A stretch of DNA of 64,000 bases. Origin: Octopus sinensis (lineage: Eukaryota). This document shows positions 53,279 through 64,000 of this stretch, piece by piece. Numbering within the stretch: the first letter of the stretch is position 1; each line of letters opens with the position of its first letter. The position numbers and the translations under genes were made by a program. The notes beneath the pieces were generated by a model. The model was given only the letters and a program-made list of their open reading frames with translations. It made no database searches and had not been told where the DNA came from. Where the stretch lies: the NCBI RefSeq assembly GCF_006345805.1, contig NC_043004.1, positions 17,670,001 through 17,734,000 on the forward strand, in the 5' to 3' direction.

Positions 53279-54017
53279 TTGTTTATTTCGTTTCATTTTG
53301 ATGTATTTTTCATATTTGTATCGACTGAACCGGATTCAAATTAGTTGTAGCAGCAGCAGATAATGACTGATTATGATCGATAGGGGTGGAAGAGAGATGG
53401 AGAGTAATATCTTCCTTTGATTCTTGACTTTCCGATATCTTTCTTAGCATCGTCTGCATCAGTCTGTCCGTTTATTAATCTAAAGCTTAGACTTCTTTTT
53501 ACACACATTCAATAACACTACACCTCGCGTAGTTAAGAAGCTCGTCGAGCAAGTACCTTTTACAATAACCCCGGACCGACAAATTCCTTGTTAATAAATC
53601 TGGTAGACGGAAACTATGTGGAAGCCCATCTACTTCATCATGACCGCAGTCTAATTATTGAAACAATATAATATAAATACATATTTATATATACATGTAT
53701 GTGTGTATGTGTCTTTGTGTTTGTCCCCTTCCACTGATTGACAATATGTGTTGGCTTGCGTCGCGTAACACAGCAGTTCGGCAGAAGTAGACGATAGGAT
53801 TTGCACCAGACTTTTTAAGAATATGTACTGGGGTCAATTTTCTTGACTGAACTCCCAAAGACGGGTCTCCGACACGGCTGACTGAAGTAAGTAAAAGATA
53901 CATACATACAAACACACACAACCATATTTATGTTATTCTTTTAATTATTTCAGTCACTGGTTTTCGACCATGCTATGGCACAACCTCACATTCAATACAC
54001 ATACACAGCGCGCGCGC

Positions 54018-54060
<43 letters not shown>

Positions 54061-54799
54061 ACACACACATACACACACACACACACCATACACACACACA
54101 CCACATACATGCACGCACATATACTGACATATAGATTCAGCGCTGTCATTACAGCTATTACTGCTACATCGACCGTTACCAAAATCACAGCCATTGTTTA
54201 ATGACCGGACAAAGAAACTTGTAGACAAACACTTCGACGCATATATTAAAGAAGTAAAATACAGTCAAATCGTGTATTTTTATTGACAGAATGACCCTCT
54301 CAATATATAGAATAGAATTATAATAAAGGCAACTATATTAAACATACAGTTTCTTGCTCACACACACACATACACACACAAACACACACACACTCACACA
54401 TATACACATACTCGCATATGTACTAACGTGATATCTTCAAGAAAGCGTTAATATTGACAGACAGCCTATACTTCCAATGACGTCTGGTAGTTTCAACTTT
54501 TCAGCGCAGGATTTTGTTTTCGATGATTTCAATGGAGCCAATCACGATGGGTATCCTACTCGTAGTTGAGGCTCTATGAACACGCTCCACTTTAAATGTC
54601 AGGTCTTGACATCTTTTAGAGTTTTCATTTTTTTTTGTCTTTGCAATGTAAATGCAGTTAAATTATCTTCAGGTGCATTTCTACACATTTTAGGTGTTTC
54701 TACTGTCATATATAAATGCTGCACTTGATTATGTTAGTTCGCAAGACTTCAGCAGAAGGGATCAACCTTTTAATTTAGTTTAAAAATCCATGTCACTCA

Positions 54800-55349
54800 T
54801 CACCAGAATTACTGACCTGAATTGTTAAAGAAGACTGAAGGACTGATCCTGAATTTTTACGTCAGATATTTTTCGGACAAACTCTCCATTGTAAGACCTT
54901 TCTCTTTCCAGTTGCTCATCTCTTTCTCATGAGTCCTTCGTTCGTACTCATAGAGGTTCTCACCCAGTGCAACCCACCACATCCAAGCAACACGTTCCTT
55001 AAAATCAGGCATGGAATGATTTCCCCATTTTTCTAACACTCTTCTCTACTCCAGTCAATCCTTTTATTTCTGCCTTCCTTATTCTTTTATTCGTTTATTT
55101 GTTTCAGTCATTTGACTGCGGCCATGCTGGAGCACCGCCTTTAGTCGAACAAATCGACCCCAGGACTTATCATTTGTAAGCCTAGTACTTATTCTATCGG
55201 GCTCCTTTGCCAAACCGCTAAGTAACGGGAGCGTCGATACGCCAGCACCGGTTGTCAAGTGGGTGACAAATGCAGACACACACACACACGCACGCACACA
55301 CACACGCACGCACGCACACACACACACGCACACACTCACACAACACACA

Positions 55350-55381
<32 letters not shown>

Positions 55382-55960
55382 TATACATATATATACGACG
55401 GGCTTCTTTCTGTTTCCGTCTACCAAATCCGCCCACAAGGCTTTGGTCAGCCAGAGGCTATAGTAGAAGACACTTGGCCAACGTGCCACGCAGTGGGACT
55501 GAACACGGAACCATGTGGCTGATATGCAAGCTACTTACCATACAGCCGTGCATAAATCCTTGCAAAATTACTTTTAGTATAAAGGCATGGCCGTTATGTT
55601 TTTAGTTCCTCTCTTCATGCTGACCAATTGTTTCTTTGTTAATTCCACAATTCACACATATTTTCCATCTCCATTCCTTTGTAGATAAAGCCTTGCTAAA
55701 TTACTTCTAGTGTGAAGGCACTAATGCATGGCCACTGTCTTTTTAAATTTTTCTGTCCATACTGACGAGTTACTTGTGTGTACATTCCACAATTCACACA
55801 GCGTAGCAGACCATGCATACAACCCAAGTCATAACGTCAATGATTAGACTACTTCCATTCACTTTAGATCTACACAAATTCTTCACTCTTCTAATGTACT
55901 CTGGTGTCATTTTGTCCTTCATCTTGGTGTCCATCTCCTAATCCAGCTGAAAAATCCGAA
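54800..55960 (-). mobile_element. Old R4/Dong-clade LINE remnants split by a SINE
   Basis: EYIRRVKNLCRSKVNG...SMDRK...LHTRSNLARLYLQR (~55620-55930) and WKEK segment (~54900) resemble the post-RT region seen at 8445-9270. Confidence 0.6.
55083..55550 (-). mobile_element. SINE family A, full length
   Basis: Reverse-complement match with internal (CA)n. Confidence 0.9.
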
Positions 55961-56252
55961 AGTACTTCCTTGCTTACTTCTCTAAAATACAATATTTTCT
56001 TTTTCTTAAATTTCAAAATAATTTACCAGCCCTTTAAAATCAAACAGTTGCGCATATTTTCATGTTTTCACACATCCGCATAATTTATTGCAGTGTGGGT
56101 TTTTCATTTTGGTTCAGGCGGTCATCTTCGGCATCCCCAAAAAATACGAAATCTCACTCACATGCACACACACACAAGCAAGCAGGCACTCACACATATA
56201 TACACTCACACTCACACACACAAAGACACTCATAAGCTTACACACAGACAAA

Positions 56253-56299
<47 letters not shown>

Positions 56300-56808
56300 A
56301 CTCATACACAGGCGTGCACACACACACTTGCTCACGCAAACACAACATACACTCTCTCACATACCCTCACAAACCACACACGCTCATAATCTGACACACG
56401 CACATACATACACACACTCACTCACACACATACACGCAAACACGAACTCTTACTCTTCCCCCTTCTCTCTCCCTCCTTACACAAGCATTTGAAATATCTG
56501 ATTTATAATTGAATTTTTTCACCCAAACTAATAATAATTATCATTTTGAGGATTAACAGAGTCATTAGAGCGTAGTAAAGATGACTCGAAGTATTTAATT
56601 GCGTTCCTCTAGATTGCATCGCAATCCCCTCGAAATTATTGGCTCAAAGCCTAAATTAGAAATTATTATTTGCCAAGGTTAAGAACAGCGAAGTCAGGGA
56701 AGAGTTTCAAAGAAATCCCAAACTGCTTGCTCAGGGTATGCTTTGGGCTGAATGCCACTGCGCGTGGGTGGTTGTGAGGGATATAGTTGTATGTGTGTAT
56801 GTGAGTGT

Positions 56809-56847
<39 letters not shown>

Positions 56848-56927
56848 GGTATGTGTGTTCTCTTCTATTTTTAATTGGAGTCTTCTTCTTCTTCTTCTTC
56901 TTTTTCTTCTACTACTACTATTATTAT

Positions 56928-56974
<47 letters not shown>

Positions 56975-57414
56975 TACTACTACTACTACTACTACTAATA
57001 ATAATAATAATAAATGCTCTGATGCAATACCAGGCAGTGGATTTCATGACTTCCGGTCTTAACTAGTTAGAAATGTTAACATGTACCTGCAGAAGATGGT
57101 TTGCAAAAGATGGGCTACAGCAAATATTTTGCTCAATACCACAGATTTGCTTGTACGTTGCTTGACCATAATCATTTGAGCATGTCCCTTAATGACTGAC
57201 AATATATGTATTTCTGATCACGAGCAGGATTAGTGGGGGAGCATCATAGCTATGTGTTGAGAAGGACTTTCGGGGATTGAGTGATTCTTATAATATTCTT
57301 CTGAACAAATATTATAAAAATGCCCTAGTTCAGAACGGCTTCAAAGATAAAATATATTATAACTCTATGTAAAAATATGAATCGTAAAAATAGATAAAAA
57401 AAAAAAAGATCTAG

Positions 57415-57890
57415 GAAAACAATTTGGTTCGTCCTTCCTTTCTTCCTTAATGTTAAGACTAACGTAGGTACATTAACTATTAAATCATAAACACAGGAAA
57501 TTTTTTAACGCTCAGTAAAAGTATCATATAGTTGCTGCTTCAATATGAAGAACATTATAACTCGCAAAACCCACCAAGAGACCACTCTCAGTTGTAACTG
57601 TCGAGACCCAGAAGCTTGCCCACTTCACCAGGCGTATATGATAAATTCCGTCATATACGAGGCTGAAGTTACAGCTACGCACCCAGACAAATCAACAGAA
57701 AAGAAGAATTACATCGGGTTATGTGGTGGAAAATTCAAGAGACGTTATGCAAGCTACCTATCTTCTTTTCGGCACATCGATAAAAGTGATGCAACTAAGA
57801 CGGTTAGCCACGTATGGAATTTAAAGAGCAGCTTCACACCACATACAATTAAGTGGAAAATGGTGAAGAAATCCAAGCGATATGTTAATA
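57415..57890 (+). mobile_element. Second PLE (Naiad-type) fragment: RT C-terminus and GIY-YIG endonuclease, cut by a mariner
   Basis: IWF.LPF, KTNVG, VKVSYSC, SCNCRDPEACPL, VIYEAEV...NYIGLCGGKFKRRY, HVWNLK, IKWKMV. Confidence 0.85.
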
Positions 57891-58498
57891 TCAGGTCACC
57901 CCATAAGTTTTGTCCGATTTTACCTTTTTTAAAATTGAATGAAATTTAATAGTATTTTAGAATGTCTAAGGAATTAAAAATTATTTTTATGCATTTGTGT
58001 ACATTTCAACTAATTAAATATTATTTTACAGAATAATAGAATTAAAATTTCTTTGATTAAAACCCTTTCTAACATGGAAGTATCCAAAGAGCATTTAAGG
58101 CACATAATGCTTTATGAGTACAAAAAAGGAAATTCTGCAGCCGAAGTGACTCGAAATATACACTCAGTCTATGGGAAAGAATGCTTGAATAAAAGAACCT
58201 GCAGAAGATGGTTTGCAAAATTCAGAAGTGAAGATTTCAGCCGTCAAGATGAAGATCGAACAGGACGTCCGGTTGATTTTGATGATAAGCTCCTTGAAGC
58301 ATTACTTGAAGAAAATCCTGCATTATCAGTTGAAGAATTGGCAATAAAGTTTAATTCAAACCATACAACTGTTCATCGTCATCTTCAACAACTTGCAAAG
58401 GTTCCTAAACTGGGAAAATGGGTGCCTCATAAATTGTCCGAAAGCAACCGCAAATCCCGAGTTGACATCTGCTGTTCTCTCTATTCTCGCAAACTCAT
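57891..58498 (+). mobile_element. Mariner 5' fragment (TIR + transposase N-terminus)
   Basis: TA at 57889-57890 then TCAGGTCACCCCATAAGTTTTGTCCG; MEVSKEHLRHIMLYEYKKGNSAAE...GRP...KWVPHKL; truncated into a SINE tail. Confidence 0.88.
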
Positions 58499-59560
58499 TT
58501 GTTTACGTGCTCGTAACTTAGCGGTTCAGTTTAAGGCACTGACTGAAGAAGTACCAGACTTTAAAAAGAAGTACTTGTAAACTCTACAAGGAAGCGTTAC
58601 AGCATAGCCATAGTCCAATGACTGAAACATGTAAAAACAAAATTGAAGATCAAAAACCCTATTGATACCAGCGAGCGACACACGTAGCTCTCTTTTAGAA
58701 TTTCACACTTTGCTCTAGCAAGAATGATATCAAGAATGATACCAACAATCTGTTTCTACTTCAATATTTCATCTTACAAACGTCAATTCGGTCATAACTG
58801 CACATTTAGTTCTTGATGCACTCACTTCGTTTTCATCGTGTCCTGTTCAATTGAGACAAACTTTACATAAACATTTGTGTATGTGTGTGTCTTAAAAGTC
58901 ACTAAGTTAAATTGAAAAGCGTTTCGTTTACTTTTATTTAATATTGTAATTCCCTTTAGATATAAACAAAGCTATGTTAACGACTTATTGTTGTCTGATG
59001 ATTTAATTATGGTTTGGTTTCGAATAACTTTATGTATTTATTTTATTTACTATTTTCATTCTCATTTATTTAATATTTTAATTAATTATTGATTTCCATT
59101 ACGAGTTAAAATATCCATGAGAGAGATCAGTATGTAATACAGTTCTACGATGTGTGACTAACAAGGTAGAAGATAAAAACTACTACTACTACTACTACTA
59201 CTACCGCCACCACCACCACCACCACCACTACTACTACTGCTACTATACGACAACGATGTCATCGTCGTAGCAGTAGTGGTGATGGTGGTGGTGGTAGTGG
59301 TAGTGGTGGTGGTGGTGATGATGATATATTAATGTTTGTTTTTCCGTTAAGTTATAATAACAATAATTTAAAATTAATCTGATGGATTAGTCTATACTTT
59401 TGTAGAGTAAAAGTTTATTATTCTTATTCAAGAATGTTGTTGCAGTCACTTTGAATTTTCGGCCAGCTAAACCATTGTATGTACTCACGTGCACGCGCAG
59501 GCACACACACACACACAGAGTTATATATACATGTATGTATGTATTATATATATATATATA

Positions 59561-60530
59561 TATATTATATTAAATTAGAGATAAAACCACTATTAGGCAA
59601 ATCAACTACGAAATGATTATTTCTATAAGTATTTTAAATAAGATTTCCGAAAGTTCGTTTAAGTTTGTTTGTATTTTGAATTTAGATATTTCATCTTTAA
59701 ATATAGGTCTTTATTATATGTGCATCTTTAAATTTAGGTCTTTATTATATGTGCATATATATTTATTTATAGAGATTATTTTAGATCTTAATTATAATAT
59801 TCATATACATTTATATATATCCATTGATAATTTTTTATATATATTAGTCATTTTTAAAAAAATATTTATGTAACTAGATATAGACTATTACTGACATTAG
59901 ATTATCGGTGGGTTTCTTACCTTAAAAATTAAAATTAATATTTAAAATTATAATCGATTTTGATATAATCATAATTATTAAGTTTTAAGTTTCTAGTTTG
60001 TTAATAGAGTTTATTATAAGTAAAATTATTATATTATTTATATCTTAAAAATATTGTTTAAATATTTCTGATTATTTTAAAAAATATTTCAATTAACCTG
60101 AAGATTGACTGTAACCATAACTCGAATTATCAACTGAATTTAAATTATTGTTATTCGAATTGGTACAGCCATGAAACGATCGTAGTGTTTTACTCTTTAT
60201 CTTTTATTAAACTTTTATACTTTTGATATATATATATTATATATATATATATTATATATATATATATATAAATAAATAAATAAATAAATAATTAAAAAAT
60301 AAATAAATTAATTAATTAATAAACAAAATAATATATAATATAAAAAAATATACATTCATATATATATATATCTATTTGTATATATATATTAAAAATTTAT
60401 AAGTTAAATTATTTTAATATTTTTTTAATTTTTAACTTTTATATTTTAAAAATAATTTTATGTATTGGCTTATGTTTTTCACTGTTTGATTTGCCTAATA
60501 GTGGTTTTATCTCTAATTTAATATAATATA
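59561..60530. mobile_element. ~970-bp AT-rich element with perfect 45-bp inverted ends and an internal hammerhead-like motif
   Basis: TATATTATATTAAATTAGAGATAAAACCACTATTAGGCAAATCAA at 59561-59605 and inverted at 60486-60530. Confidence 0.85.
60095..60190 (+). ncRNA. Type I hammerhead-like motif with long stem II and weak stem I
   Basis: CTGAAGA 60098-60104; TGACTGTAACCA...TGGTACAGCCA outer stem plus TCGAAT/ATTCGA inner stem; GAAA 60173-60176; palindromic CGATCG; TA 60183-60184; stem I only ~2 bp. Confidence 0.5.
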
Positions 60531-60609
60531 ATATTTATACTATAAAATTGGATTTATCCTAAATCTAATTTTTCCCTGTAAGTTTGGATTTATTCCCTAA
60601 TATTATTAT

Positions 60610-60656
<47 letters not shown>

Positions 60657-60899
60657 TACATTCCCACACCGGGACTGCTATATTAGGTGGGCAAATAGTC
60701 TTTACTTTATATATATAGGTTAGTAGAGTTAGTGTTTGGAATAACCGTCTAAGGGATAAGAATATTCGTTTTTACTACCCGGTATAAATTACCTGCGTTT
60801 AACCCTGGACTTACATATTCAAGCATATTATGCTCGTGGGATACAGGCAATAACAAAATAAACAAGAGTTTATCAGGAATCAAATTTAAATTAAGCAGA

Positions 60900-61720
60900 A
60901 AATGGAAAAAATACTTGAACAAAAACATTGACTATCATCTATTAATATTTTTTAATACAAAACTTTATCACATCTAACAGCCGTTTCTGCTTCCATTGTT
61001 CCTCAGAGCTGTAAAACAAAATTCTGAGAATAATATTCGTCATATTCCATAGCACATCCGATTTGGTACATCGAGTTTCATCAGAGTGAAGTAAAATGCA
61101 TAAACTAAAAGAAAGGAGCCTCGAGATGAGAAAAGAAGGCTTAATATATTTGAATCATACCATTTTTCAGTCGTTGAGCAAATGACAACTAAAAATTAAT
61201 TGGTGGGTTAATCTTTCTTTAGGGGTAACTGGGTGTAGAAATAATAAGAATAAAACAAGTACTTTAAGATAACGGGATTCGCCAAAAGGTCTAGAAAAAT
61301 ATAGTACTTAAGATTTCGTAATTAGTACTAATTAATATTTATCCAAATAACATGCCCATAAATTAATTACATTAATATACTTGCTTATATATTATAAAGA
61401 CCAACTATCTATTGTCCGTAATGGGATTTGAACAAAGTTCAGCCATCAATATAATTGGTCAGTTAAATTTAAAAACCAAAGGGCGAGCTATTAAGACCAT
61501 TATAGTGGTAGATGTAAAAAAGTCGTTAAAAAAAAGTAAAAGTATGGAGAAGTAGCAAATGTTATAAGTGGCCCAAGGTCGCTTGTGACGTTATAAATAA
61601 ACCAACCAAACATGTAAACAAGCACTATGCGGCAGAAGGTACTATGGTCAAGGGACAGACAACCGTTAAGCGGAGGTAATGGCTAGAACATTGACCGTCA
61701 ATTATATAATTATAATACTA
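60900..61720 (-). mobile_element. Possible highly decayed Penelope-type RT remnant
   Basis: Faint resemblance of minus-strand pieces to PLE RT motifs; many stops; weak support. Confidence 0.3.
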
Positions 61721-62574
61721 ATTCTATCTTCTGATATAGCCACCACAGTTTCAAACGATGATCTTATTAGACAAACAGTAATTGTCTAAACATTCCTAAA
61801 TACATTCAGTCTAGTCGACCTATGAGAAGGTACAAGTACAAATCTCCAAGTTAATTAAATGATTACAATTGAATCACTTGCGGTTCGGCAAAAGCGATCG
61901 ATAAAATAAGAATTAGATTTACAAAGAATAAGTCATGGGATCGATTTGTTCGATTAAAGGCGGTGCTCCAGCATAGCCGCAATCAAGAAGACCGAAACAA
62001 ATAAAAAAATAAAAGAATATGTATATAGTCAACAGATGACCTTCAGAGATTCTCTCTTAGCAGCGCTCAAATGATTCAAACATAGATTCCGCTGTCTGTA
62101 CAGAGGTTCAATTCCACGGGGTAAAGGCTGGCTACAAGAGGGATCAAGTTGAGCAGATATGGAGGCAGTTATGCGGATAAACATATTAGATTTATTAAAT
62201 ATAACAGTTTGGGTATGAAATACAAAATATTTATATAAGTACACATGCAAAACGAGAGGAAGCAAAAGGTGGAGAGTTGTTGAACGATGAACATTCAAGT
62301 ATAAATATATAAGATTCCATCTTTGAAATTATCTGCATTATTATCTGAAATGTAAGATCTTTTCTACCCTGACGACGGAGGCTCGGTTTAGTCAATGTTG
62401 TTTGCTTCCATTACGACTCCATATTGTGATTAATTACATCTATCAACATTATTATGGATCTCTGAGCCCCTAGAAACAGCCGATGGACTTATAACAACAT
62501 TCATCTTCCCCGTTAATTTTCTCTGTCGTTTGTGCCTTGTGTAATATATATGTATATATTTCCCAAACAACTTT

Positions 62575-62615
<41 letters not shown>

Positions 62616-62816
62616 ACATATATACATACAATATTAGATATGTACATATATACACAAGGGCACTACACGAGCACTAACTTCGCTAATGAATAGAAGTAAA
62701 AAATACTTCTGTACCACCGAATAGTCACAAGTCCATTATAGACTTGATAGGAAAAAATTTCAGTGAACAATTATAAAGTCTTACCTCTACTGGGTCAGAA
62801 CAAGTAAATACTGGTC

Positions 62817-62879
62817 AACTTGGTACTGGTTTCGAAATTTAGCATCAAATAGGTGCCTGATTTCTCATCAGCCAAAGTT
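62817..62879 (-). ncRNA. Type I hammerhead ribozyme, minimal stem III
   Basis: Minus strand AACTTTGG-CTGATGA(62871-62865)-GAAAT...ATTTC-GAAA(62833-62830)-C-CA-G-TA-CCAAGTT; stem I 4 bp plus a further 3 bp after a bulge, stem II 5 bp. Confidence 0.8.
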
Positions 62880-62964
62880 TGCCAGCTAATTACTATTAAA
62901 ATTCTGCCCCTGTACGGCTGATAATTCACTTGCCACTCGTGATGGTATTTTAATAATACCATCC

Positions 62965-63010
<46 letters not shown>

Positions 63011-63487
63011 GTTTAAATATTTATTGGCTAAATTGGCAATATGACCATTCCGAAATATAACAATATATATATATATATATATATAGATAGATAGATAAGA
63101 AAGTTTGTTTGGTATTTCTTTAAAAAGTATAAAATTATATCATTTTAAGGAAAGGAAAAAAAATTTTTCCAATATTCTCCAGACATTTTGACGCAAATAT
63201 ATATATTTTTTAACATTTAAGCCTTCTGTCGTTTTTTCACTCTTTACTATTTTCTTATATATATATATATAAATTTTTTTCGAAAAATTTTATCCTATAT
63301 TAGATGTAAATTTAATACTATTCACTTCCGGACTCTCTCACTCTATGAGAATTTTCAGTCCGATCACACGTGTCTCGAAGTGTGCTAGAGAATTTCTATT
63401 TTGGATATATTTGAGGTACTTAAGTATACACATGACTTAGTGTTTACTTCTTTCATGGGTATAAGTAAGTATTTCATTTATTTCTTA

Positions 63488-63560
63488 CCGTTTATATCGC
63501 TGACGAGGAGAAAATTCTTATGAATTAACTCTGAAATCGGGACCGATACGATAATAACGG
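63488..63560 (+). ncRNA. Type I hammerhead ribozyme
   Basis: CCGTT..TATCG-CTGACGA(63500-63506)-GGAG..AATTC/GAATT..CTCT-GAAA(63533-63536)-TCGG-GA-CCGA-TA(63547-63548)-CGATA..AACGG. Confidence 0.85.
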
Positions 63561-63926
63561 AATTTTTAAGAAATTTCTGTCAGTTTACTTCGAGACACGT
63601 GCTTATGGTGATGAATTATATGGTTATTGACGATTTAAGTCTATTTTCGGCATATTTGGCATTAGAAATTTTTCCTTTTGCCTTTGTTTATATGTTGTGT
63701 GTATATAATATATATATATATATATATGACCTCCCTTGTTCGAAGGTTATAATGGACACAGTTTGTGTGTCAAATAGCTAGCTTAAGGCGATGGCCTCAT
63801 GGAGCTAATCAGCGACAGCTTTAGTCTTATATCTATAAGACTGCCATATTAATATGGCGATAACAATTAATTTCCAGTAACGCTGCCGTAATCTCTTTTA
63901 GAGAGACTTAGTAATTTTAATATTTC

Positions 63927-63992
<66 letters not shown>

Positions 63993-64000
63993 TGCTCAGC

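Overview
AT-rich animal genomic DNA, almost entirely repeats: long (TA)n/(CA)n/(ATT)n/(GAT)n microsatellites, several tRNA-derived SINE families, mariner/Tc1 relics, CR1 and R4/Dong LINE fragments and Penelope-like elements (PLEs). The repeat make-up resembles an octopus (coleoid cephalopod) genome; this is an inference from recalled repeat families, not a database result. No host protein-coding gene can be supported with confidence, so the window looks intergenic or intronic, and most listed ORFs are microsatellite artefacts. The main unannotated signal is a set of eight type I hammerhead ribozyme (HHR) motifs with unrelated stems: three clean (527, 62817, 63488), three with an intact core but an imperfect helix (14795, 23471, 60095) and two degenerate (7931, 16364). 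All have a tiny palindromic or near-palindromic stem III. Most sit in short non-coding elements flanked by inverted and/or direct repeats, which suggests several families of non-autonomous PLE/retrozyme-like elements. Other notable points: a PLE with a ~100-codon Asn/Ser-rich stretch inside its GIY-YIG endonuclease, a young CR1 LINE whose 3' double stem-loop is shared with the dominant SINE, nested insertions, a recent 1.3-kb tandem duplication, several long foldback repeats, and a 24-bp patch apparently copied from a nearby mariner. All alignments and RNA folds were done by eye and need computational confirmation; many boundaries are approximate.
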